Positions 10,156-19,139 of a DNA stretch of 64,000 nt are shown here, piece by piece. Origin of the DNA: Tenericutes bacterium HGW-Tenericutes-1 (GTDB lineage: Bacteria; Bacillota_I; Bacilli_A; Izemoplasmatales; Hujiaoplasmataceae); the NCBI GenBank assembly GCA_002839155.1, contig PGXM01000002.1:57586-121585 (forward strand), written 5' to 3'. Position numbers and translations under genes: made by a program. The notes below the pieces were generated by a model that saw only the letters and a list, made by a program, of their open reading frames with translations, was not told the origin of the DNA and did not search any database. How positions within the stretch are numbered: position 1 is the stretch's first letter; the number at the start of each line of letters is the position of its first letter.

Positions 10156-10496
10156 AATACTTACTTTAGTTTATTCATTTAAGTTATCTTAAGTAAAAAT
10201 GGTTTTCAAACTATAAAAATCTATTCTAATATTCTATCATAATATTACAAATATTATACTAATCTTTGGTAATAAAACCGATTTATACATGTTTATTGAC
10301 AATTTATTCAGGGTCAATCCGCTTTATATAATATTTTTATCTTTAGGTGTTTACATGTCACTTTATCATTATTAATCATCAAAGGTTATATGTTTTCGGT
10401 TGCTCGTATTCCAATTAAAGGCGTGGTGTTACAATCTACCGAAAACATCTATGTAAAGCTAGAAAATTTGCATTAAATAAATTAAATTCATTTGAA

Positions 10497-10529
10497 TATT
10501 AAAAGGTCCGATACCATTGTATCAGACCT
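10497..10529 (-). terminator. intrinsic terminator downstream of the M1 peptidase gene
   Basis: The minus-strand RNA AGGUCUGAUA-CAAUGG-UAUCGGACCU forms a 10-bp stem with one G-U pair, followed by UUUUAAUAUU. Confidence 0.55.
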
Positions 10530-10702
10530 ATGTTTATGATATACATTAGGCTACCAATTTTTAAATCGAATTTAATCCTCATCATTTTCTTCTGTTCAAA
10601 AACCATTTAAGGATATTATAACTATTATAGTTACATTGTGTTGATTATCAGTAAAATTTAATATACTTAATCATCTGTATTTCTATCGTTGTATCTTATA
10701 GT

Positions 10703-12097
10703 TTATGGGCGATTATCGAAGTCCTGTAATTCATTCAATTGTAAATAGAACCATTCTTTTGTAATGGGTTCTGAACTTTCTCTTTCGAGTAGATCCAAAA
10801 ACTCATCTAGGGTGGCGATTTCTTGGGCATATTCATTGTAATATATGCTCAATATTTCCTTCATCTTCTCTATGTCTCCATCCAAAAATTCATCAACATA
10901 ATACCGAAACATCGCTGGTCCATGATAATAGATTAGAAAACCGTAATACTCACCGTATTCATCTACTTGTCTCAATAGATTAACTCCGATGTTCGCGTTA
11001 TACTTTTCAGAGAGTTCTGGTTTCAGGCTGGTTCGGTAATTCAAGTAGCCGTTGTATCCATTTAATCCATATAGATCATAATAATAAAACGCGGTCGCAT
11101 ACGTGGTAAGAGCCTCATCCAAAAACGATTCGTTCGCTTGATCGTTTCCAATCATTGAATAAAACCATTGATGAATCAGTTCATGGACGACGGTACTCTC
11201 CTGAATGTCAGACGAACAGTAGATGACACCACTGCTTTCCATTCCATAATAATGCCCATATTCTAAAGTGAAATGATCATAGTAATAGTCTCCGATTTCA
11301 TTTTCCATCATTTGCATAGTCGTATCGAGATACGAGAAAGAATTTTCGATTTCAGTACCAGTCAATTCTCGAATGGAATAAATCTCATAGTCGATTCCAT
11401 TTAATTTGCGATGATAAAAATGATATTCTGAAGATGCGCTGAACGAAAAATCACGAGCATCGATGAGTTCGTATTTTAATATTTTTCGTCCTGTTTCCAT
11501 ATAATCATCAATCAATTTTCCACTCGATGCAACCAAATAATCACTCGGAACATTGATTGAAACGTAATAGTCGCTTAAATTGTTGTAGTAAGTTTCTCCT
11601 CTGAATGAATAAGGGTCAATGTGCCAACCAGAGTCATCCTTCATGGCGACCCATGGGAAAAAGAATAAAGTCAGATAGTAATTATTTTCGACAAGAATCC
11701 GATCAATGTCCCAATAGTGAAACTGATATTTGAAAGTTATCGAGATTCGCTCGCCTTGGATCAGAGTCTCATCCAGTTGAACATGAAGCGCAGTTCTATC
11801 CGAACCTGTCAATTCATACGATGCCTCAATTTCATTAATCCTGAAATACTCGAAATCTACATTATCTCCAGATTCTGAAAGATTGTAAGCATTCGGATAA
11901 ACAATGACATACAATTCGTCTAAATCAACATCATCATTTTTGTAATATAGTTCACCTTCAACTATCAACGAGTCATTGTCCGCATCAAGTGTGAGTTCCA
12001 TTTGATACACGTTGTTCGGACTGTCGTAAATGGTTTTGTGTTGTCCACATCCGGACAGAAGGAATAAAGTCATCAATACGATAAATACCTTTTTCAT
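10703..12097 (-). CDS. M1-family zinc metallopeptidase, lipoprotein
   Basis: 464 aa. Signal peptide with lipobox LLSGC. HELIH followed by 18 residues then E (gluzincin HExxH-x18-E). SD AGGAGGG. Confidence 0.75.
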   Translation of the reverse strand: MKKVFIVLMTLFLLSGCGQHKTIYDSPNNVYQMELTLDADNDSLIVEGELYYKNDDVDLDELYVIVYPNAYNLSESGDNVDFEYFRINEIEASYELTGSDRTALHVQLDETLIQGERISITFKYQFHYWDIDRILVENNYYLTLFFFPWVAMKDDSGWHIDPYSFRGETYYNNLSDYYVSINVPSDYLVASSGKLIDDYMETGRKILKYELIDARDFSFSASSEYHFYHRKLNGIDYEIYSIRELTGTEIENSFSYLDTTMQMMENEIGDYYYDHFTLEYGHYYGMESSGVIYCSSDIQESTVVHELIHQWFYSMIGNDQANESFLDEALTTYATAFYYYDLYGLNGYNGYLNYRTSLKPELSEKYNANIGVNLLRQVDEYGEYYGFLIYYHGPAMFRYYVDEFLDGDIEKMKEILSIYYNEYAQEIATLDEFLDLLERESSEPITKEWFYLQLNELQDFDNRP

Positions 12098-12665
12098 TTG
12101 TACCCTCCTAGCTATTTCAATATATTCAGTGAAATATTATGATATTTATTCATAAATAAGCAATTGAGTATGATTTCTATTGTCATCCACTCATTCTAAT
12201 TAAAGAATCAAAGGACATTTTGATTATACATCAATTTAAATTTAGAATCACTATGGCTACCGAAATTCATGTCAGAATTCAAGGAAGAGAGACAAAAATT
12301 TCAACAAGGTAATGAAATGACAAATCCAAATTTATAAGAAGGACTATAAAAAAATCGTTAATTAATTAGATAATCATTTAAAAGTTGGTTAGCAATATAA
12401 AAGTAGACCAAAAAAATGTATTTATTTAGAATTTTTAGCACTCTACTGATTTTTTCCCACACCCATAACGAAAATCATAGAACCCACACGCAAAAAGGTT
12501 GGAAACCCTATGTTTTTTTTATGCATTTGGCATATCAAATTAACTGTTCAAAAACCATACCAATTCAGGTGAGTTGGCAGATTTATTATCCACTAAGATT
12601 TTCTCTTTTCTATTCTACTTCTTAATTGTTCTCTTTTTGAAACTCCATAAGATATTATACAATCG

Positions 12666-12694
12666 CAAATAAAAAGGACCTATAACTAGGTCCC
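12666..12694 (-). terminator. intrinsic terminator ending the FG-GAP two-gene operon
   Basis: Minus-strand GGGACCU-AGUUAU-AGGUCC followed by UUUUUAUUU, about 50 nt after the stop at 12742. Confidence 0.65.
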
Positions 12695-12741
12695 ATAATT
12701 AATCAAAAATCAATATCATATCATTCATATTATAAATCAGA

Positions 12742-13515
12742 TTATTTAGCTTCTTTATCTGGATTTTCTACAAATACCCAAGCATGTTTTTTCCGACTAG
12801 TTGGGGGCAACTTTGATGTGCAATAACAAATTCTATTTGCACTTTCAAACTTATCAGTGATTTCAAGGTAATATCCAGGCATAGTAGAAATATAGACCCC
12901 AGGATTGTATCTCATTGCGTTTTCATAAGAGATTACTTTTTCTTCTTTTTCCTCAATTTTAACCCAATAATAATTTTCTTTGGATGTTTTTGGCAAAACA
13001 TCAGTAGCATAAATATATCGATACATATTTTTATCTTGTGAATTAACTTCTAGAAAGTATCCTGGATTATCTTTGACTGATTGATCAGAAGTATATTTAA
13101 CTTTACTTTTAAAACTAATAATTTTATTGTAAAAATCATATGTCTCAAAACTAATGACCATATCTTCATTATAAGGGGGGATAGTCTTTGTGTGCTCAAT
13201 TGGTTCAACAACCACATTCTTCATATCTAAAGATTCAATGTTTTCTTCAATGAATTCTTTAGAATTCTTTCGTAAATCAAAAACATATACTAGATATAAA
13301 CCATACAGCGAAGACAGTATAAAAAGCACATATGAAGTCACTTTCAAAACAGTATAACTCATAAATACACTAAAAATTAATCCATTACTAGTTATACCTT
13401 GACCGTAAGTTATTGTGAAACTGACAATCGTCAAAATGATCGTTGATACAACTAACAGAATCAAGATTAAATAATCTCTCGTTGTTAATGCTCTTTTTTT
13501 TAATATGCTTAACAT
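12742..13515 (-). CDS. membrane protein of unknown function with a C-terminal tandem ~40-aa repeat
   Basis: 257 aa with 2-3 N-terminal TM helices. Two copies of PGY[FY]LE[VI]-x9-14-T-x2-LP-x-TS-x5-WV-x2-E. The start overlaps the upstream stop (ATGTTAA), and the SD AGGAGG lies inside the last codons of the upstream gene. Confidence 0.5.
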   Translation of the reverse strand: MLSILKKRALTTRDYLILILLVVSTIILTIVSFTITYGQGITSNGLIFSVFMSYTVLKVTSYVLFILSSLYGLYLVYVFDLRKNSKEFIEENIESLDMKNVVVEPIEHTKTIPPYNEDMVISFETYDFYNKIISFKSKVKYTSDQSVKDNPGYFLEVNSQDKNMYRYIYATDVLPKTSKENYYWVKIEEKEEKVISYENAMRYNPGVYISTMPGYYLEITDKFESANRICYCTSKLPPTSRKKHAWVFVENPDKEAK

Positions 13516-16500
13516 GATGACCTCCTATAAAACCTTCTGGTAAGAATAACACCCATGAGTAATATCAACATAATCCCACCAATAATCATATACGGTATCA
13601 AATTTGCTTCTACGGTTACTTGAACTGCTAACTCAGTAATATTACCTGCATTATCAGTCACGCTCAATTCTACTTGATAGACACCCGCTTTAGAAAACTT
13701 GTAATCTTCTTTAATGGTGACTTTATCACTTATGTCGCCATCAAAGTTATCGATTGCTTGAATGTAGTCGCTCAGATCAAATGATTTCCCATGAGTTACT
13801 ATAATGGGTGAAATAAGGGCGATATTCGGTCTTGTAGTATCATTGACGCTGACAGTGAATGACTTAATAGTTTTATTACCCGATTCATCTTCGACACTGA
13901 CTGAGACAGTGTAATTTCCAATAACAGAATAATTTACCGTATTCGATTCGATTTTAGTTATTAAATTCACTGTTGCCACATCATAAATATTATCGATTAA
14001 ATCAGTCCAAACCATTGGTGTAGTGCCCACTTCAATTGTTTGCGGTGCAATATCATCAAATGTCGGAGAAATGGTATCTTCTATCGTGAAATTTATAATA
14101 GTGGTGTTATTATTATCATCAATGATGACTAATGAATATTCACCAACTTCTGTCACAGAAGAACCACTATTAAATTCCTCATCATTCAATTTGGCAGTCC
14201 CTTCATTGAATGTTATTACTACGGAATTTCCAAACTCTATCGTTTCGTCATTTAATATTCCTGCTGCTTGAGGGGCAATATCATCAATATAGGTCGCTGT
14301 GATTGTTATATTACTGGCTCCCATCGCGGCTGGAATTGTGCCATTCCATCCTGTAAATGAATAACCATCTCTTGTAGGATTACTAGGCATCACAATGCCA
14401 CTTAAATCCGCTCCATAAGTATAATTCATAGATTGTAATACGGTTCCATCAAAGTCTACATATTCAACGATATATTGATTAATTGTATATTTGGCAAATA
14501 GTGTGATACTTGAATCAACCATTGTATTGAAGTCAAATAATGTTGTTAATTCAATGTCACTATACCAACCTTCAAAGGTATAGCCTTCTTTGATTGGATC
14601 TGTCGGTTTTACTGCTTGATAATCCACTTTATTTTTATACCATGAAAGTGTTGTCGTATTCATGCTTGAAGAAACGAAATCAATATCGCCATTATTGTCT
14701 AAATCAGCAGCAATGATTTTCCCATTTGAACCAATGGGTGATAATTCTGATTGCACAGGAAAGTTCCCGGTCCCATCGTTTACGTACCACGCTACTTTTG
14801 AACCATTATCATTGGTTGCTAATATATCAATGTCATTATCATTGTCAAGATCGATAGCTATAATGGCATATGGGTTATCCATTGTCGATGAAATGATTTG
14901 CTCTAAACCAAAAGTACCATCGCCATTGTTTTTATACCAAGAAACAGTATCATTTTCGATATTAGCTGCGATAATATCCATAAAACCATCAGAATCTAAA
15001 TCTTGCGAGTAAACTGCCGAAACCCCATCTGCTGTGGTAGAAATTTTTGTTTGCTCGGTAAATGCAGAATCACCATTGTTTTTATACCATGCAATCGTAT
15101 CATCATCAATACTAGCTGCGATGATATCTAAATGACCATCATTGTCTAAATCTGCGGCAAATACATCATATGCCCCTAAAGCGGTTGTTGAAAGTCGAGG
15201 TTGTTCAGTGAATGTACCATCGCCGTTGTTATTAAACCAAGTTACTGTACTAGCTTCGTAACTCGTCGATAAAATATCCGGATTGCCATCTTTATCGATA
15301 TCTGCTACATGCAGGGAGTAAGCACCATTAAACGTCGTTGTGATTGGTGTTTTTTCCGTAAATGTACCATCGCCATTATTTTTATACCATGAGATAGTAT
15401 CTGTATACATACTGCTTACAATTATATCGATATTATTATCATTATCTATATCTGCAGTACATATTTCATTTGCTGAAGAAGATGTTGAAGTAATCGGTGT
15501 TTGTTGTGTAAATGTACCATCTTTGTTATTCTTATACCACGTAATTACCGGTTCATAAAATCTTGAACTTATAACATCGATATAACCATCATTATCTAAA
15601 TCTGCTAAATTTGATACATATCCAATCGTACCTACTACTTCTTCAGTAATTTCATCGTATTCTACAAAAGATAGTGTTCCATTGAGTGGTTGGTTATTGA
15701 TATTTGAACCACCATTCGTATCAAATTTAACGATAAAATCAACGGTTTTGTTTTCAAACCAAGAAATACTGGTATCTTCATAATCCGCTGATACGACATC
15801 CATATCCCCATCGTTATCTAAGTCAACTATAACGATGGAAGAAGAAAATTTTTCATTGATTGATATGGGTGTCTTTTCTGTAAAGACACCGGTTCCGTCA
15901 TTTTCGAAATATTCTATGGCTGCATCAACAATTGCCACAGAAACAACATCCATATCGCCATCATTATCCATATCGACACCAAAAGCTGAGAATACTCCCA
16001 ATGAAGTCGTTGAAATAGCAGTTTGTTCAGTAAATGAATCATCGCCATTATTTTTATACCAAACTGTCAGATTGCTAAAAAGACTCGTTGTTAATATATC
16101 AAAATAGCCATCATTATTGAAATCGGCGGCATGAACTGTATTTACATCACCAGCAGTCGTTGAGATGGCTGCTTGTTCGGTAAAAGTAGCATTTCCATTA
16201 TTCTTATACCATATAACCGATTCATCTCTATTACTAGTTGATATGACATCTAAATCGCCGTCAGAATCTAAATCAGCGGTGTATACGGAAGTAGCACCAT
16301 CTGCGTTGACACTAATCAGTTGTTGTACACCAAAGGTTCCATCACCATTATTCTTATACCAAGCTATTTTATCATCTTCATAACTAGCTGATAAAAAATC
16401 GATGTATCCATCGTTATCTAAATCAGCTGCATGAAGGGATCGAACATCCGTTACTTCGGTTGTAATGAGTTGTTGAACCCCAAAAGTTCCATTCCCATTG

Positions 16501-16865
16501 TTGAAGTTTAATGAAATTGAATTATTGCTATCTGATAGAATATCGATGTATCCATCATTGTTAAAGTCTGCAGTGATAATCCCCATAACATCACTATTAG
16601 CGATAACACCCTGTTCAGTAAAAGCATTATTCCCATTGTTTTTGTACCAATGGATCGTTTTATCCGACTCTGATACTGCCAGAATATCCATATATCCGTC
16701 ATTATTTAAATCCGCAGAACAGACAGAGACAGGATTATTAATTACGGTTTGGTTAATGACATTCCCAGAATCAAATTCAACTGATTTTGCAAATAGAGTT
16801 GGAGATAATCCCCAGAAAATCATGATTAATGTAGCCAAAAGTAATTTACTAGCAAGTCTTTTCAT
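13509..16865 (-). CDS. FG-GAP/VCBS repeat surface protein with Listeria-Bacteroides (flg_new-type) repeats, Ig-like domains and a C-terminal TM anchor
   Basis: 1118 aa with a signal peptide. 14 repeats of ..ADLDNDGYxDI..-x20-..WYKNNGDGTF... Then EGYTFEGWY / DGYSFTGWNG repeats and about 3 Ig-like/HYR-like modules. C-terminal hydrophobic helix plus RRFYRRSSC tail, with no LPXTG. Confidence 0.85.
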   Translation of the reverse strand: MKRLASKLLLATLIMIFWGLSPTLFAKSVEFDSGNVINQTVINNPVSVCSADLNNDGYMDILAVSESDKTIHWYKNNGNNAFTEQGVIANSDVMGIITADFNNDGYIDILSDSNNSISLNFNNGNGTFGVQQLITTEVTDVRSLHAADLDNDGYIDFLSASYEDDKIAWYKNNGDGTFGVQQLISVNADGATSVYTADLDSDGDLDVISTSNRDESVIWYKNNGNATFTEQAAISTTAGDVNTVHAADFNNDGYFDILTTSLFSNLTVWYKNNGDDSFTEQTAISTTSLGVFSAFGVDMDNDGDMDVVSVAIVDAAIEYFENDGTGVFTEKTPISINEKFSSSIVIVDLDNDGDMDVVSADYEDTSISWFENKTVDFIVKFDTNGGSNINNQPLNGTLSFVEYDEITEEVVGTIGYVSNLADLDNDGYIDVISSRFYEPVITWYKNNKDGTFTQQTPITSTSSSANEICTADIDNDNNIDIIVSSMYTDTISWYKNNGDGTFTEKTPITTTFNGAYSLHVADIDKDGNPDILSTSYEASTVTWFNNNGDGTFTEQPRLSTTALGAYDVFAADLDNDGHLDIIAASIDDDTIAWYKNNGDSAFTEQTKISTTADGVSAVYSQDLDSDGFMDIIAANIENDTVSWYKNNGDGTFGLEQIISSTMDNPYAIIAIDLDNDNDIDILATNDNGSKVAWYVNDGTGNFPVQSELSPIGSNGKIIAADLDNNGDIDFVSSSMNTTTLSWYKNKVDYQAVKPTDPIKEGYTFEGWYSDIELTTLFDFNTMVDSSITLFAKYTINQYIVEYVDFDGTVLQSMNYTYGADLSGIVMPSNPTRDGYSFTGWNGTIPAAMGASNITITATYIDDIAPQAAGILNDETIEFGNSVVITFNEGTAKLNDEEFNSGSSVTEVGEYSLVIIDDNNNTTIINFTIEDTISPTFDDIAPQTIEVGTTPMVWTDLIDNIYDVATVNLITKIESNTVNYSVIGNYTVSVSVEDESGNKTIKSFTVSVNDTTRPNIALISPIIVTHGKSFDLSDYIQAIDNFDGDISDKVTIKEDYKFSKAGVYQVELSVTDNAGNITELAVQVTVEANLIPYMIIGGIMLILLMGVILTRRFYRRSSC
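14628..16748 (-). repeat. 14 tandem ~50-codon FG-GAP repeat units (coding repeats)
   Basis: DxDxDG-like motifs at approximately aa 51, 99, 148, 198, 248, 298, 348, 422, 471, 521, 571, 621, 671 and 720. A ~24-aa insertion lies between units 7 and 8. Confidence 0.8.
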
Positions 16866-16930
16866 AATTTCACCATAACGCTTTCTTTTTAGTTTTATTT
16901 ATAAATATAATGAAAATTTTGTTCTATATA

Positions 16931-16958
16931 AAATAAAAAAAAGACTAAAAACGTCTTT
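16931..16958 (-). terminator. weak intrinsic terminator in the tRNA / FG-GAP intergenic region
   Basis: Minus-strand AAAGAC-GUUUUUA-GUCUUU followed by U7-8. The stem is only 6 bp and AU-rich. Confidence 0.4.
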
Positions 16959-17047
16959 AATCAATGCCTTACCTACCATCATTCTTCAATCAAAAAATTG
17001 TTTTCGAAGAGAAAAGTACATAAATCATATCAGTAATGTTTGTATTT

Positions 17048-17076
17048 ATTTTATCTAACTTCTTTTACAATGTCAA
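17048..17076 (-). promoter_or_regulatory. candidate sigma-A promoter with no ORF before the next terminator
   Basis: Minus-strand TTGACA (17076-17071), 17-nt spacer, TAAAAT (17053-17048). Confidence 0.4.
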
Positions 17077-17191
17077 TGATTGTTCAAAATCATGATATGC
17101 TATCTATTAAAATATTTAGAAAAATCACAGATAATAGACCTTTAAACGTTAGAATAATAAAAAAATACCGAATTTTATCTCATGAAAATAA

Positions 17192-17267
17192 TGGTGGAGC
17201 CGACGAGGATCGAACTCGCGACCTCTAGCGTGCCACGCTAGCGCTCTCCCAGCTGAGCTACGGCCCC
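17192..17267 (-). tRNA. tRNA-Ala (anticodon GGC), CCA encoded
   Basis: 76 nt: GGGGCCG-UA-GCUC-AGCUGGGA-GAGC-G-CUAGC-GUGGCAC-GCUAG-AGGUC-GCGAG-UUCGAUC-CUCGU-CGGCUCC-ACCA. Full cloverleaf, G3:U70 Ala identity pair, anticodon loop U33-GGC-A37. Confidence 0.95.
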
Positions 17268-17313
17268 GTGACTATTATTTTAACAAATAGTCGATGAATT
17301 TTCCACAAAAATA

Positions 17314-18069
17314 TTACTTTCGATCTAAATTAATAAATATCTTTTCGATGGCCTCATTTAAATTTGTTTCATCCTTCAAAAAAGCAACGCTGAGTTTAAC
17401 AATCTTTTCTTCAAAAAGAATCAAACTTAAATAGAGTAAAAACAAAATGACTGTCACAAAGAACCAAAGTTCAAACAATCCCGATTTCCCAAATATGATT
17501 AAAGGTAATAATGATCCAATCCAAATAATAATCATCCAAAGTTTTAATACTTTTTCAAGCCTTGGATTTTCTCTTGAAATCCAGTTTACAAAAGGTACCA
17601 TTGATAATAAAAGGAATAAAGCATGAATACCTGCAAAGATAGTATGCAATAAATGCCAAAATGGATAAATGTCTTTTAAAGCTGGTATTACTGCGGTTAA
17701 AACAAGAAAGATAGATGATAATGCGACAAATGTGTATTTTGCTCTTGCCTGATAATGCTCTAAACGAAATAATGCCAAAAGACAAAGTTGAATTGATAAT
17801 CCTGATACTATCGACCACACAATAAACAAAACACGGTAATCAAAAAAATTACCGATATTGCTAAAGGTATAAATAAAAGGATTTTCCAAAGTTCCATAGA
17901 CTGTAGTTAATAATAATGCAGCGACTAAAACGCTCATAACGATGATTCTTAATCTTCGTTGTTTAATTAAATCACGGTGTACATCATAGAGATTTTTCTT
18001 GATGAGTTCTTCTTTTATTTGTACCTTATCAATCATCGTTATCAGTCCTTCTAGTTCATTAATCATCAT
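17314..18069 (-). CDS. polytopic membrane protein, unknown function
   Basis: 251 aa with about 6 predicted TM helices after a charged ~40-aa N-terminus. No motif recognised. Confidence 0.5.
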   Translation of the reverse strand: MMINELEGLITMIDKVQIKEELIKKNLYDVHRDLIKQRRLRIIVMSVLVAALLLTTVYGTLENPFIYTFSNIGNFFDYRVLFIVWSIVSGLSIQLCLLALFRLEHYQARAKYTFVALSSIFLVLTAVIPALKDIYPFWHLLHTIFAGIHALFLLLSMVPFVNWISRENPRLEKVLKLWMIIIWIGSLLPLIIFGKSGLFELWFFVTVILFLLYLSLILFEEKIVKLSVAFLKDETNLNEAIEKIFINLDRK

Positions 18070-18100
18070 TATACTAAAATATGATTATTTTGACTATCCT

Positions 18101-18135
18101 AAAAATAAAAGATGTTCGAATTATTCGAACATCTT
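18101..18135 (-). terminator. intrinsic terminator ending the 18-gene purine operon
   Basis: 13-bp palindrome AAGATGTTCGAAT/ATTCGAACATCTT (18109-18135), followed on the minus strand by UUAUUUUU. Confidence 0.75.
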
Positions 18136-18143
18136 ACTCTTAT

Positions 18144-19139
18144 TTATTTATCGCCCATCGTCATAGCCATGACTGCTTTCGCCGTATGGAGACGATTTTC
18201 GGCCTCTTGGTAAACAATTGAATGAGGACCATCAATAACACTGTCTTCTACTTCATTACCTCTATCTGCGGGTAATGCGTGCATATAAGAGACATCAGGC
18301 TTCGCTAAAGCTATCATTTCTTCAGTACATTTCCATAATTTATTCTTTTCTAATAAATCATCGATAACCGCTGACGATTGATTTGTCACCCAGCTACCCC
18401 AGTTCTTTGGAATAACGACATCAGCGTCTTTAAACGCTTCTTTCATGTTATGAGTAATTCTAAAAGAACCGCCATTGTCTTTTGCGTTTTTCTTTGCTTT
18501 CTCAATCGCCCAATCAGGGAGATCATACCCTTCTGGATATGCGAGTGTTACGTCCATGCCATAACGTGGGAATAATAAGATTTGAGTTAAAGGTACACTT
18601 ATCGGTTTTTTATGAGATGTTGCATAAGCCCAAATAATAGATACTTTTAAATTCTTTGTTTCTTTTTTTACTTCTTGAATCGTCATTAAATCTGCGAGAC
18701 CTTGCATTGGATGATAGAGATCATCTTGTAAGTTCATAATTGGAACCGTTGACCACTGTGCAAGTTCTCTTAAGTACTTATTTCCCACCTGCCAAAAACA
18801 GTTGCGACAAGCAATGCCATGACCGTAAGAAGAAAGAATAATTGCAGTATCTTTCGCTGATTCACCATGTGATATTTGCATCATGGAGGTATCTAAGAAA
18901 GTCGCGTGTCCACCTAATTGTGCAAGTCCTGATTCCATTGAGTTTCTCGTGCGAGTGGATTGTTCAAAGAACATTAGAAATGCCGTTTTATTGGTTAAAT
19001 AAGGTGTAGGTACATTGTTTTTAAATTCGTATTTCAATGTGTTTGAAACTTCTAGTAATTTGTCGATTTCTTCTTTAGTCCATTCTTCTAGCGTAATAAA
19101 ATGTCTTCCTTTAAATAGTGGTATCATAATATCCCTCAT
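18144..19139 (-). CDS. ygeW: YgeW-like carbamoyltransferase (OTCase/ATCase superfamily, second substrate unknown)
   Basis: 331 aa. Carbamoyl-phosphate motifs STRTR and HPMQ. HALP replaces HCLP, and there is no DxxxSMG ornithine motif. The start ATG overlaps the ygeY-like stop (ATGA). An alternative start at 19127 lies behind GAGGGA. Confidence 0.7.
   Translation of the reverse strand: MRDIMIPLFKGRHFITLEEWTKEEIDKLLEVSNTLKYEFKNNVPTPYLTNKTAFLMFFEQSTRTRNSMESGLAQLGGHATFLDTSMMQISHGESAKDTAIILSSYGHGIACRNCFWQVGNKYLRELAQWSTVPIMNLQDDLYHPMQGLADLMTIQEVKKETKNLKVSIIWAYATSHKKPISVPLTQILLFPRYGMDVTLAYPEGYDLPDWAIEKAKKNAKDNGGSFRITHNMKEAFKDADVVIPKNWGSWVTNQSSAVIDDLLEKNKLWKCTEEMIALAKPDVSYMHALPADRGNEVEDSVIDGPHSIVYQEAENRLHTAKAVMAMTMGDK

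Noticed and set aside
14023-16878. Series of plus-strand ORFs (14023-14271, 14662-15012, 15340-15558, 15835-16107, 16165-16383, 16498-16878), several sharing PSPLFLYQ-like peptides
   Set aside because: They lie antisense to the FG-GAP gene. The recurring peptide is simply the reverse-complement reading of the WYKNNGDG repeat codons. They have no SD sequences and a low-complexity composition, so they are shadow ORFs.
16866-16930. c-di-GMP riboswitch upstream of the FG-GAP surface protein (plausible given two nearby c-di-GMP enzymes)
   Set aside because: Neither the GEMM-I nor the GEMM-II conserved core is recognisable in the spacer, which is almost entirely A/T.
17040-17228. 62-aa plus-strand ORF
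   Set aside because: Its 3' end runs antisense through the tRNA-Ala gene (17192-17267). The rest is AT-rich spacer, and there is no SD.
10101-17313. Genomic island integrated at tRNA-Ala (long AT-rich spacers, surface protein, peptidase)
   Set aside because: No integrase, recombinase, transposase or phage gene is present. I could not spot a direct repeat of the tRNA 3' end by eye. Accessory character is possible, but mobility is unsupported.
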